Shown: positions 27,256-38,697 of the stretch, in pieces
How the letters are laid out: every line of letters starts with the position of its first letter
Numbering within the stretch: the first letter of the stretch is position 1
Assembly (NCBI RefSeq): GCF_963921235.1
Contig: NC_086097.1
Span: 177,322,001-177,386,000 of the forward strand
From: Mobula hypostoma
Lineage: Eukaryota
Direction of reading: 5' to 3'
DNA length: 64,000 bases
Notes under the pieces: model-generated
Database searches by the model: none
What the model saw: the letters and a program-made list of their open reading frames with translations, nothing else
Told to the model about the DNA's origin: nothing
Made by a program: the position numbers and the translations under genes

Positions 27256-29200
27256 GATTAGATTCAACTTCATTGTCATTGTGCCGAGTACAGATACGAA
27301 GCCAATGAAATGCAGTTAGCATCTAACCAGAAATGCAAAGAATAGTGTTATTTACAAAATAGCTGTGAATAAAAAGTAAGTGCTATAGCACACAAATATA
27401 AAAGTACTGAGACAGTACAATACAGATGCAATACTGCTTAGCGCTGTGATGTGAGGTTCAGCAGGGTCACAGCCTCAGGGAAGAAGCTCTTCCTGTGCCT
27501 GCTGGTGCAGGAGTGGAGGCTCCTGTAGCACCTACCGGATGGGAGGAGAGTAAAAAGTCCATGGTTAGGGTGAGATGCATCCATGATAATGCTTTTCACC
27601 CTGCCCGGGCAGCGTTTATGGTAGATGTTCTCAATAGTGGGCAATTGGGTGCCGATGATCCGCTGGGCAGTTTTCACCACAAGCTGGAGTGTTTTGCGGT
27701 CCGATATGGGACAATTGCCATACCACACTGAGATGCAGTTGGTGAGTATGCTCTCAATGGTACAGCAGTAAAAGTCTTCACAAATCTTCACAAACTCCTA
27801 AGGAAGTAGAGACACTGTCATGCTTTCTTCATAATTGCATTATGTGCTGGGCCCAGGACAGGTCCTCTGAAATGATAACACCCAGGAATTTAAAGTTGCT
27901 GACCCTCTCAACCTCTGATCCTCTGATGAGGAATAGCTTATGGACTTCTGCTTTCCTTCTCGTGAAGCCAATAATCAGCTCCGTGGTCTTGCTGACATTG
28001 GGTGAGAGGTTGTTGTTGTGGCACCACTCAGCCAGATTTTCTACCTGTTATATGCTGGTTCATCACCACCTTTGATTCAGCCTACGATAGTGGTGTCATC
28101 AGCAAACTTGAATATGGCATTGGAGCTGTGCTTAGCCACACAGTCATAAATGTGAAGTGAGTAGAGCAGGGAGCTAAGCACACAGCCTTGTGGTGCACCT
28201 GTACTGATGGAGATTGTGGAGGAAATATTGTGGCCAATTCAAACTGACTGGGGTTTGCAAGTGAGGAAGTTGAGGATTCAGTTGCACAGGAAGCTATTGA
28301 GGCCAAGGTCCTGGAGCTTATTGATTATTTTTGAGGGGATGATGGTATTGAATATTGAGCTGTGGTCTATAAAGAGCATCCTGATGTATGCACCTTTACT
28401 GTACAGATGTTCCAGGGTCAGGGTTAGAGACAATGAGATGGCATCTGCTGCGGACCTGTTGCTCAGCCAGGCAAACTGGAACAGATCCAAGTTTGCTTCT
28501 CAGGCAGGAGTTGATATTTTTCATCACCAGCCTCTCAGAACATTTTATTACTGTGGATGTAAGTGCTACTGGATGATAGCCATTGAGACAGGTCAGCAGG
28601 TTCTTTGTAGGCACTGGTATAATACATGAAATCTGCTTGAAGCAGGTGGATACCTCAGATGGCCGAAGCAAGTGGTTAAAGATCTCAGTTGATCTTCACA
28701 GGTCTTTAATACTTGGCCTGATACCTGGTCTGGCCTGGATGCTTTTCATGGGCTTACCCTCCTGAAGGCTGTTCACACGTCAGCTTCAGAGACAAATCAC
28801 AAGACTATCAGGGAGCTTGTGAAGGTTCATCCATGTTTTGATAGTCAAAGTGAACATAGAATGTATTGAGCTCTTTGCCTATATCACTTGATTTTACTTC
28901 ATCAGAGGTGATAGCATTCAAGCCCTGCCACAACAGTCAAAGATCCTTCATTGATTCAAATTTAGTCTGGAATTGCCATGTCACCTGTTAGATGACTTTC
29001 TGGAGATTGTAGATGGACCTCTTGTAACCTTCCTGTTCACCAGACTTGAATACCTCTGATTTGACCCTCAGCAGATTGTGGATCTCATGGTTCATCCGGG
29101 GATTCTACATAGGGAAAACTCTGAATAATTTTGTGGGACGCAGGTGTCTACAACTGTTTTAATAAAGTCTGTGACAAGCACGATATATAGATTAGCTATG
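27256..29200 (-). mobile_element. Rex1/Babar LINEs: younger 3' fragment (27256-27778) joined to an older, longer copy (27785-29200)
   Basis: ORFs 27438..27791, 28278..28490 and 28396..28671 encode FY.CTIESIL, RMLFID.SS.FNTIIP and YHPVALTS.VIKC.ERLV. Confidence 0.87.
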
Positions 29201-30607
29201 ATTTCAACCCAGATCTGAAGGAGCAGTTTGATAAGTCCTTCAAGAAAGAACAGAGCACACAGCAGCCTGGAAACTCTGTCAGAGGTAGTCACTATCACCC
29301 CATCTTTCACCCAGCACACTGGTTCATTCAGCCTCTCCTGGTCTATCTCCTCTCCACACCTTTTCACTTCCTCTGTAGCCCTAAAGTACTTGTTCCCATA
29401 TTTGATAAAAGGTCATTGACGCAAAACATGAACTTGAAAATTTTTCTCACCACAGATGCTTGCTAAGCATTTCCATTACTTTTTGTTTTATGCCCATGAG
29501 TCTTTTTTTGATTCAAATAATTATGACTATTACAAGATATGCTTGCAATGTAATATTTATCAGAGCCAATGTAGAAAGTTTGACTGTTGAGTGTGGATTG
29601 CTAAAGCACACACACACACAGAGGTTGCAGTTCAGTAGCAGATCTCAAGTGTTCAGGTGTGATTTTTGATATATGCCTCTCTGCTCCAGTGACTGAGGTT
29701 CAGTCCTGACCTGGAATCATCGTGCTTTATTATTATCATGCATACTGAGATATAATCAAAAATTGTGGTTTGTCGTGTCATCTAAACAGATCGTCATATG
29801 CATCAAGGTTGTAAAGTGAAAACAGAATTCAGAATATAGTGTAGCACAGTGAATCTCAACTGTTTTTTGGCCACGGCCCCCTTAGGAGCTCTTCTCAGGT
29901 TCCAGGGCCCCCCTTTCAAACATGGATACAACACGAACAGACAGAAAATCATTTATTATTGAACACCAAGAAAACTTGAACATTCTGACATACTGGACAA
30001 AACTTAAAAAAAGGACTGTATGAAATTGAACATCTATCAGGCCTAATGCGATCCTTGAGCTTGGTGCTTTTCTGCAAGTTTCATGATATCAGGCTCCAAA
30101 TTAGACAATGACAGTTGGAGGTCACCTCTTGTTGCGATATCAATTCTGTTCCTGGATTTTGTCAAGGAAACTACCTTGCAGAATCCACTCTCAACCAAGT
30201 ATGTTGAGGGAAAGGCAATAAAATCTTTGGGCTTTTTCCCACAGTGTTGTAAATTTATTCGGCAGATCACTCTTGATCCAAAAATCTTTTTGAAACTGAC
30301 TGAACTGACGACGTGCAGTTATATCACTCTGAAGATCAATCAAACTCTCTTGAGTTTCTGCCTCAACTTGGGTGGGTTGTACTTCAAATGGATTCAAAAT
30401 CCAATCCGGGATACCGAGGTTTAACAGATCATTAAATCTGTCTTGCATATCCTTGGGTACCTGCTTGAGATGTTTCACATAAACTGAGCATTTCCAGTTT
30501 TAGCGATCAGTTTACTAATTTTGTATGATGCAACAAGTCTCTTCTCTAATTTCTGTGACGTTTGAGTAAGCATTTGTTTCAGCGTTGGCCTTCTCTCGAA
30601 ACTATCT

Positions 30608-30776
30608 CAAGCAACACACATCAAAGTTGCTGGTGAACACAGCAGGTCAGGCAGCATCTCTAGGAAGAGGTACAGTAGACGTTTCAGGCCGGGACCCTTC
30701 ATCAGGACTAACTGAAGTTCACCAGCAACTTTGATATGTGTTGCTTGAATTTCCAGCATCTGCAGAATTCCTTGTG
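30608..30776. mobile_element. Penelope-like inverted terminal fragment nested in the hAT element, 14-bp TSD
   Basis: Inverted arms 30608-30638 and 30717-30747. Flanks TCTCGAAACTATCT (30594-30607) and TCTCGAAATTATCT (30777-30790). Confidence 0.8.
30673..30712 (-). ncRNA. Minimal type I hammerhead ribozyme motif (Penelope-associated)
   Basis: Minus strand reads AGUC-CUGAUGA-AGG gucccgg CCU-GAAA-CG-UC-UACU. This gives intact core boxes, a stem II, a palindromic ACGU stem III and a GUC cleavage triplet. Stem I has one mismatch. Confidence 0.7.
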
Positions 30777-31974
30777 TCTCGAAATTATCTCAAAGGTTTT
30801 TGAAGAAATCTAAGTGTTTATCCTTCTTCTCTGGATGCGAGGTATCCAAATGTTTTTTCAATTTGCTTGGCCTCATGCTTTCATTTGACAACGTAGTCAC
30901 GTAGTTCAAACACATGGGCAAAGAAGGGTTTTGCGGAGATGCGATGAAACCATATGATAGGTATTCCACTGAATACTGCCAACACTTTTTTTTCGCCAAG
31001 GAACTCATGGGTAGAATTATTTCTGAAAATAATAAGCACGCAAAATACAGATACATTACTGACAAAAAAAATGCTGTCACCCAGAGCCAGAGATTTTTTT
31101 TGGGTGACTTCATATGCAGTAATAAACACTTTTCACAACCTACCTTAACGTATAATATATCCAAACACATATACTTTAAAGTTACTAGGCTAAAAAAGGC
31201 CTAGCAAGACACGCTGATCTTCAGAGAATGAAGTACGGTGATAATGGACGCGAGAACCCTTGACTGAATATGTTGACCCGGTGCACTGATTTGCGACTGA
31301 CTCTGAAGTGAGGCTGTGTGGGAGGAGCTTAAGCAATGAATTTACCAGGTGCACCGAATTCAAACGGTGTGCTGGAAAGATATTATAAGTAGGAGGGAAA
31401 CTATTGACTCCAATGAAGGTTGCTGTTTGGGTAATTCATCGGTTCAGTTACCAGGGCCCCCATAAACCGTTGGGGCTCCCCTTCTCACAGTTTTCAGTCA
31501 GAGGCCCCCTTCAAATATGCCAGGGCCCCTGTTGAGAATGGCTGGTGTAGCATCTACAGAGAAAGTTCAGTAAAACTAGATAAATAAACGGCAAGGGCCA
31601 TGACAAAGTAGATTGGGAGGTTAATGAATGAGTGGCCCATTCAAGAGTCTAATAACGGCAAGATAGAAGCTGCCCGTGAACTTGGCGGTATTTGTTCTCT
31701 AGCTTTGGTAAATTCTGTCCAATGGGCAGGGGAGAATTAAATGACCAGGTGGGAAGGGTCCTTGACCATGTCCACTACTTTCCCAAGGCAGTAGGAAGTG
31801 TTGGTGGAATCAGTGGAAGGATGGCTCATTTATATGATAGACTGGGTCGTGTTCACAGCTCTCTGCAGTACTTGCAGTCTCAGTCAGAGTAGCTGCCATA
31901 CCAAACTGCAATGCATCTGGATAGGATGCTTTCTATGATGAATCTATAAAGATTGGTAAGTCATAGGGGGCATC

Positions 31975-32230
31975 AGTGAAGTTGTCTGTGTGGAGTTTAC
32001 ATGTCTTCCCCATGACTGCATAGGTTTCCCTCAGTGCTCTGCTTTCATCGCACGTACCAAATACGTGAGGGTTGGGTTGGGAGGTTAATTGTTTACTGAG
32101 AATTGCCCCTGGTATAGGTGGGAAAAGATAATGGCATGTGAGAGGGAATACAGTGAAGGAAAATAAGTAGGAGAACAAGATCCTTCTAAGAGGTAGTACA
32201 GACGGAACAGGCCGAACGGCATCTACTTTT
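31975..32230 (+). mobile_element. V-SINE (V-domain plus CR1-like tail)
   Basis: CTGTGTGGAGTTTACATGTCTTCCCCATGACTGCATAGGTTTCC...GGCCGAACGGC. Confidence 0.7.
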
Positions 32231-32964
32231 TAGAAATAGGAAATTCAGAAAACGAATCATAATTATTTGGCATTCAACCACAATAATGGCCGTATGTCTT
32301 AGCACTGATTTTACTGTTAATCATTTTGTTATAACTTTAACGACCGTCATATCCTCTAAAGCAGATGTTGGAATGCATTTTGACTTCATTTTCTCCCCTA
32401 TGCTCATTTTGCCAAAAATATAACTTACCCTCACTAATAGTCCCAGTCATTAGCCGCAGATGGAGGGTGACAATCACAAGCCTCAAACTTCAAATACCTT
32501 CTTCTTCACTTCTCAACCATCATAAATATGGAAAATTCAGATAGGGAAATGCATCATGAGGCTGGAAGGTGTGTTCTTTGGAAGTTAGGAAAAGAGAGGC
32601 TCTCAGTAAAAGTAACCAAAGAATGTGAGTAGCTGGCTGAAGTAGGTCAAACTTATTAAGCTTGTCATAGCTTTGAAAAGGGTTAAAATATGGACTAGAA
32701 TCAATCTCGTCTCTGCAGCATCTGAACAGTAAAGATATCTGTTTTAGACTATTGCTTTTTGATTATAGCTCTGCCCTTCAATACTGTAATTCCAAACAAA
32801 CTCATCACCAAACACCTGATCCTCGGAGTCAATACCTCCTTCTGCAGCTGGATCAGTGACTTTCTGATCAGCAGACCACAATCAGTATGGATAGGCAGCA
32901 ACACATCCACCATGAATATTCAACACTGGTGCTTCTGAGGGTTGCACCCTCAGACACCTTTCCT

Positions 32965-35900
32965 GAGCAGGAGTGCGGAGGAAGACATTTTTGAAATTTT
33001 CGGTTTTTTTTCTCCATCGGTGTTCAGAGAGGCGGGACTGCGCAGGCGTGTGACGTCGGGCAGTGCAGCACGGCAGATTTAAAAGGAACAGAGCCTCATA
33101 CAGCAGGCAGCGGAGCTTGCGGGCGGTGGAGTGAGCCGGGAGCAGAGTGAAGGCTTAAGGGCTTCGGCTCATTGGGCTTAGGCGGAAACGGGCGAGGCGA
33201 GGAAGGTTTGGCATTCATTTTCTGTTGTTATTTGAGGAGAGGGGCAGTATGAGTGTGAGGGCAGTTTGTTGTTCTCGGTGTCAGATGTGGGAGGCCCTGG
33301 AGTCTCCAAGCCTCCCGGACGTCCACATCTGCGCCAAGTACATCGAGATGCAGCTCCTAAGGGACCGCGTTACGGAACTGGAGCTGCAGCTCGATGACCT
33401 TCGTCTGGTCAGGGAGAGTGAGGAGTTGATAGAGAGGAGTTATAGGCAGGTGGTCACACCGGGGCCACGGGAAGCAGACAAGTGGGTCACAGTTAGGAGG
33501 GGGAAGGGGAAGAGTCAGGTAACAGAGAGTACCCGATGGCTGTGCCCCTTATCAATAGGTACTCCTGTTTGAGTACTGTTGGGGGGGACAGCTTACCTGG
33601 GGGAAGCGACAGAGGCCGTGCCTCCGGCACAGAGTCCGGCCCTGTAGCTCAGAAGGGTAGGGAAAGGAAGAGGAGGGCAGTTGTGATAGGGGACTATATA
33701 TAAGGGGGTCAGATATGCGATTCTGTGGACGCAGTCCAGAGACCCGGATGGTAGTTTGCCTCCCTGGTGCCAGGGTCCGGGATATCTCTGATCGTGTCCA
33801 AGATATCCTGAAGTGGGAGGGTGAGGAGCCAGAGGTCGTGGTACATATAGGTACCAATGACATAGGTAGGAAAAGGGAAGAGGTCCTGAAAGGAGAATAT
33901 AGGGAGCTAGGAAGGGAGTTGAGAAAAAGGACCACAAAGGTAGTAATCCCGGGATTACTGCCTGTGCCACGCGACAGTGAGAGTAGGAATGCGATGAGGT
34001 GGAGGATAAATGCGTGGCTGAGGGATTGGAGCAGGAGGCAGTGATTCAAGTTTTTGGATCATTGGGACCTCTTTTGGCGCAGGCGTGACCTGTACAAAAA
34101 GGACGGGTTACACTTGAATCCTAGGGGGACCAATATCCTGGCAAGGAGATTAGCGAGGGCTACTGAGGTGACTTTAAACTAGAATGGTTGGGGGGTGGGA
34201 ATCAAATTAAAGAGGTTAGGCGAGAGGAGGTTAGTTCACAACAGAGGGATGGGAACCAGTGCAGAGAGACAGAGGGGTGTAAAGTGAGGGTAGAAGCAAA
34301 AAGTACTAAGGAGAAAAGTAAAAGTGGCAGGTCGACAAATCCAGGGCAAGCATCAAGAAAGAGAGTTGTAAAAGAGCGTCTGAAGGCTTTCTGTGTCAAT
34401 GCCAGGAGCATTCGTAACAAGGTGAATGAATTGAAAGTGCAGATTGTTATTAATGATTATGATATAGTTGGGATCACAGAGACATGGCTCCAGGGTGACA
34501 AAGGATAGGAGCTCAACGTTCAGGGATATTAAATATTCAGGAGGGATAGACATGAAAGAAAAGGAGGTGGGGTGGCGTTGCTGGTTAAAGAGGAGATTAA
34601 CGCAATAGAAAGGAAGGACATAAGCCGGGAAGATGTGGAATCGATATGGGTAGAGCTGCATAACACTAAGGGGCAGAAAACGCTGGTGGGAGTTGTGTAC
34701 AGGCCACCTAACAGTAGTAGTGAGGTCGGGGATGGTATTAAACAGGAAATTAGAAATGTGTGCAATAAAGGAACAGCAGTTATAATGGGTGACTTCAATC
34801 TACATGTAGATTGGGTGAACCAAATTGGTAAAGGTGCTGAGGAAGAGGATTTCTTGGAATGTATGCGGGATGGTTTTTTGAACCAACATGTCGAGGAACC
34901 AACTGGAGAGCAGGCTATTCTAGACTGGGTTTTGAGCAATGAGGAAGGGTTAATTAGCAATCTTGTCGTGATAGGCCCCTTGGGTAAGAGTGACCATAAT
35001 ATGGTGGAATTTTTCATTAAAATGGAGAGTGACATAGTTAATTCAGAAACAAAGGTTCTGAACTTAAAGAGGGGTAACTTTGAAGGTATGAGACGTGAAT
35101 TAGCTAAGATAGACTGGCAAATGACACTTAAATAGTTGACGGTGGATATGCAATGGCAAGCATTTAAAGATTGCATGGATGAACTACAACAATTGTTCAT
35201 CCCAGTTTGGCAAAAGAATAAATCAAGGAAGGTAGTGCACCCGTGGCTGACAAGAGAAATTAGGGATAGTATCAATTCCAAAGAAGAAGCATACAAATTA
35301 GCCAGAAAAAGTGGCTCACCTGAGGACTGGGAGAAATTCAGATTTCAGCAGAGGAGGACAAAGGGCTTAATTAGGAAGGGGAAAAAAGATTATGAGAAAA
35401 AACTGGCAGGGAACATAAAAACTGACTGTTAAAGCTTTTATAGATATGTAAAAAGGAAAAGACTGGTAAAGACAAATGTAGGTCCCCTACAGACAGAAAC
35501 AGGTGAATTGATTATGGGGAGCAAGGACATGGCAGACCAATTGAATAATTACTTTGGTTCTGTCTTCACTAAGGAGGACATAAATAATCTTCCAGAAATA
35601 GTAGGGGACAGAGGGTCCAGTGAGATGGAGGAACCGAGCGAAATACATGTTAGTAGGGAAGTGGTGTTAGGTAAATGGAAGGGATTAAAGGCAGATAAAT
35701 CCCCAGGGCCAGATGGTCTGCATCCTAGAGTGCTTAAGGAAGTAGCCCAAGAAATAGTGGATGCATTAGTGATAATTTTCCAAAACTCGTTAGATTCTGG
35801 ACTAGTTCCTGAGGATTGGAGGGTGGCTAATGTAACCCCACTTTTTAAAAAAGGAGGGCGAGAGAAACCGGGGAATTATAGACCGGTTAGCCTAACGTCG

Positions 35901-37282
35901 GTGGTGGGGAAACTGCTGGAGTCAGTTATCAAAGATGTGATAACAGCACATTTGGAAAGCGGTGAAATCATCGGACAAAGTCAGCATGGATTTGTGAAAG
36001 GAAAATCATGTCTGACGAATCTCATAGAATTTTTTGAGGATGTAACTAGTAGAGTGGATAGGGGAGAACCAGTGGATGTGGTATATTTGGATTTTCAAAA
36101 GGCTTTTGACAAGGTCCCACACAGGAGATTAGTGTGCAAACTTAAAGCACACGGTACTGGGGGTAAGGTATTGATGTGGATAGAGAATTGGTTGGCAGAC
36201 AGGAAGCAAAGAGTGGGAATAAACAGGATCTTTTCAGAATGGCAGGCAGTGACTAGTGGGGTACCGCAAAGCTCAGTGTTGGGACCCCAGTTGTTTACAA
36301 TATATATTAAAGACTTCGATGAGGGAATTAAATGCAGCATCTCCAAGTTTGCGGATGACACGAAGCTGGGCGGCAGTGTTAGCTGTGAGGAGGATGCTAA
36401 GAGGATGCAGGGTGACTTGGATAGGTTGAGTGAGTGGGCAAATTCATGGCAGATGCAATTTAATGTGGATAAATGTGAAGTTATCCACTTTGGTGGCAAA
36501 AATAGGAAAACAGATTATTATCTGAATGGTGGCCGATTAGGAAAAGGGGAGGTGCAACGAGACCTGGGTGTCATTATACACCAGTCATTGAAAGTGGGCA
36601 TGCAGGTACAGCAGGCGGTGAAAAAGGCGAATGGTATGCTGGCATTTATAGCAAGAGGATTCGAGTACAGGAGCAGGGAGGTACTACTGCAGTTGTACAA
36701 GGCCTTGGTGAGACCACACCTGGAGTATTGTGTGCAGTTTTGGTCCCCTAATCTGAGGAAAGACATCCTTGCCATAGAGGGAGTACAAAGAAGGTTCACC
36801 AGATTGATTCCTGGGATGGCAGGACTTTCATATGAAGAAAGACTGGATGAACTAGGCTTGTACTCGTTGGAATTTAGAAGATTGAGGGGGGATCTGATTG
36901 AAACGTATAAAATCCTAAAGGGATTGGACAGGCTAGATGCAGGAAGATTGTTCCCGATGTTGGGGAAGTCCAGAACGAGGGGTCACAGTTTGAGGATAAA
37001 GGCGAAGCCTTTTAGGACTGAGATTAGGAAAAACTTCTTCACATAGAGAGTGGTGAATCTGTGGAATTCTCTGCCACAGGAAACAGTTGAGGCCAGTTCA
37101 TTGGTTATATTTAAGAAGGAGTTAGATATGGCCCTCGTGGCTAGGGGGATCAGAGGGTATGGAGGGAAGGCTGGTGCAGGGTTCTGAGTTGGATGATCAG
37201 CCATGATCATAATAAATGGCGGTGCAGGCTCGAAGAGCCAAATGGCCTACTCCTGCACCTATTTTCTATGTTTTCTATGTTT
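32965..37282 (+). mobile_element. Full-length CR1 LINE (~4.3 kb), inserted in a Rex1/Babar copy (32720-32960 and 37310-38065)
   Basis: GC-rich 5' UTR. ORF1 has a zinc finger (CSRCQMWE...HICAK) and an SGNH esterase (CLPGARVRD, VVVHIGTND, DGLHLN). ORF2 has an APE endonuclease (NARSI, GITETW, MGDFN, SDH) and RT (YRPVSLTS, LDFQKAFD, KFADD). Tail (TTCTATGT)n. Confidence 0.97.
34330..37188 (+). pseudogene. CR1 ORF2 (APE endonuclease + reverse transcriptase) with a few in-frame stops
   Basis: ORFs 34188..34508, 34572..35135, 35136..35432 and 35508..37046 are all in one frame. They are separated by point-mutation stops (e.g. 34506, 35133, 35430, 37044). Confidence 0.92.
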
Positions 37283-38697
37283 TATTCTCCTGGGTTTATG
37301 ACAATTCCTTGGTTGTAAATGAAGGAATTGATTGTAGAGTTCAGGAAGGGGAAGTCAAGGGAACCCACACCAGTCCTCACTGAGGGATCAGCAGTGGAAA
37401 GGTGAGCAGGTTCAAGTTCCTGGTGTGAACATCTCTGAAGGTCTATCCTGGGCCCAACATACTGAAGCAGTTACAACGAAAGCACAATAGCAGCTATATT
37501 TCATTAGGAATCCGAGGACGAGGACACTTGGTACAGTATGTCACCAAAGACACTTATAAATTCCCACAGATGTGCCATGGAGAACAGTCTAACTGGGTGC
37601 ATCACTGTCTGGTATCGAAGACCCACTGCATAGGATCAGAAAAAGCTGCAGAAAGTTACATATTCAGCCATCTTCATCATGGGGATTAACCTTCTGAGCA
37701 TCAAGGAAATCTTCAAAAGGTGATGCATTAAAATGGCAGAATCTGTCATTAAGGACCTCCATCACCCAGGACATGCCCCCTTCTCATCATTACCATCAAG
37801 GAGGTGGTACAGGAGCCTGAAGACACACACCCAGGGTTTCAGGAACAGCTTCTTCCCCTCTGCCATCAGATTTCTGAATGGTCAATGAATCCATGTACAG
37901 TACCTCACTGTTATTTTTAATCTCTTTTTGTACTACTTATTTAATTTGATCATATATATATTTCTTACCGTAATTTATAGTTGCTTTTATTATGTACTGT
38001 AACGTGCTGCTGCCACAAAACAACTAATTTCATGACATACGCCAGCAATATTAAATGAGATTCTGATACTCACTGTACTCTCGTAACTGCATGGCCAGAT
38101 TCTACTCTTCTCCAGCTTCAGGTTCGCAGTGACAAGAGTATAGTGGGTCGTATCTCAAATAATGATGAGTTGGAGCATAGGTGAGAGATGGAATGCCCAG
38201 TGGCATGATGTCATGACAACAACCTTTCTCTCATTCTCAGCAGGACAAAAGAACTTGACTTCAGGAAGCGATTGGGGCACATGCATCCGTCTCCTAGGGA
38301 ATGGTTCAAAAGTCTTATTACAGCGAGATAGCAGCTGCCCTTGAGCCCGGCGGTGTGTACTTTCAGGCTTTTGTATCTTCTGCCTGATGGGATTGGGGAG
38401 AAGAGAGATCGTCTGGCGTTGCTGGGGTCTTTGATTATACTGGCTGCTTTACTGAGTCTATAAGAGTGGACATAGTCTACAATGAGGGGGCTAGGTTCCA
38501 TAACACTCTACCATTTCTTGCAGTCACAGACAAAGCAATATCCTTATCAAGCCATGATGCATCTGCATAAGATGCTGTCTCTGAGGCATTGATAAAAATG
38601 AGTCAGACAGAGTCAAAGGCTACATGCCAAATTCCTTTAGTCTCCTAAGGAAGTAGAGTTTCTGGTGAGCTTTTTAGACTGTGGCATCTACATTGTT

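Larger units (their letters stand above)
29847..31544 (-). mobile_element. hAT Charlie/Buster-type transposon, internally deleted, with perfect 8-bp TSD
   Basis: TSD GTGTAGCA at 29839-29846 and 31545-31552. TIRs CAGTGAATCTCAAC / GTTGAGAATGGCTG. N-terminal YSVEYLSYGF...LSNESMRPSKLKKHL..H and C-terminal FPSTYLVESGF...RGDLQLSLS..HQAQGSH* are retained, but the catalytic core is missing. Inserted in a Rex tail (29720-29846 and 31545-31960). Confidence 0.93.

Noticed and set aside
34529..36799. Antisense ORFs over CR1 ORF2 (also at 47470-47874 and 55160-55693)
   Set aside because: Shadow frames that recur opposite CR1 RT coding sequence, with no independent coding evidence.
33225..37046. Host esterase, endonuclease or polymerase genes, or a prokaryotic RT system (retron, DGR, group II intron)
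   Set aside because: Domain order, 3' microsatellite tail and multiple truncated paralogues identify a CR1 LINE.
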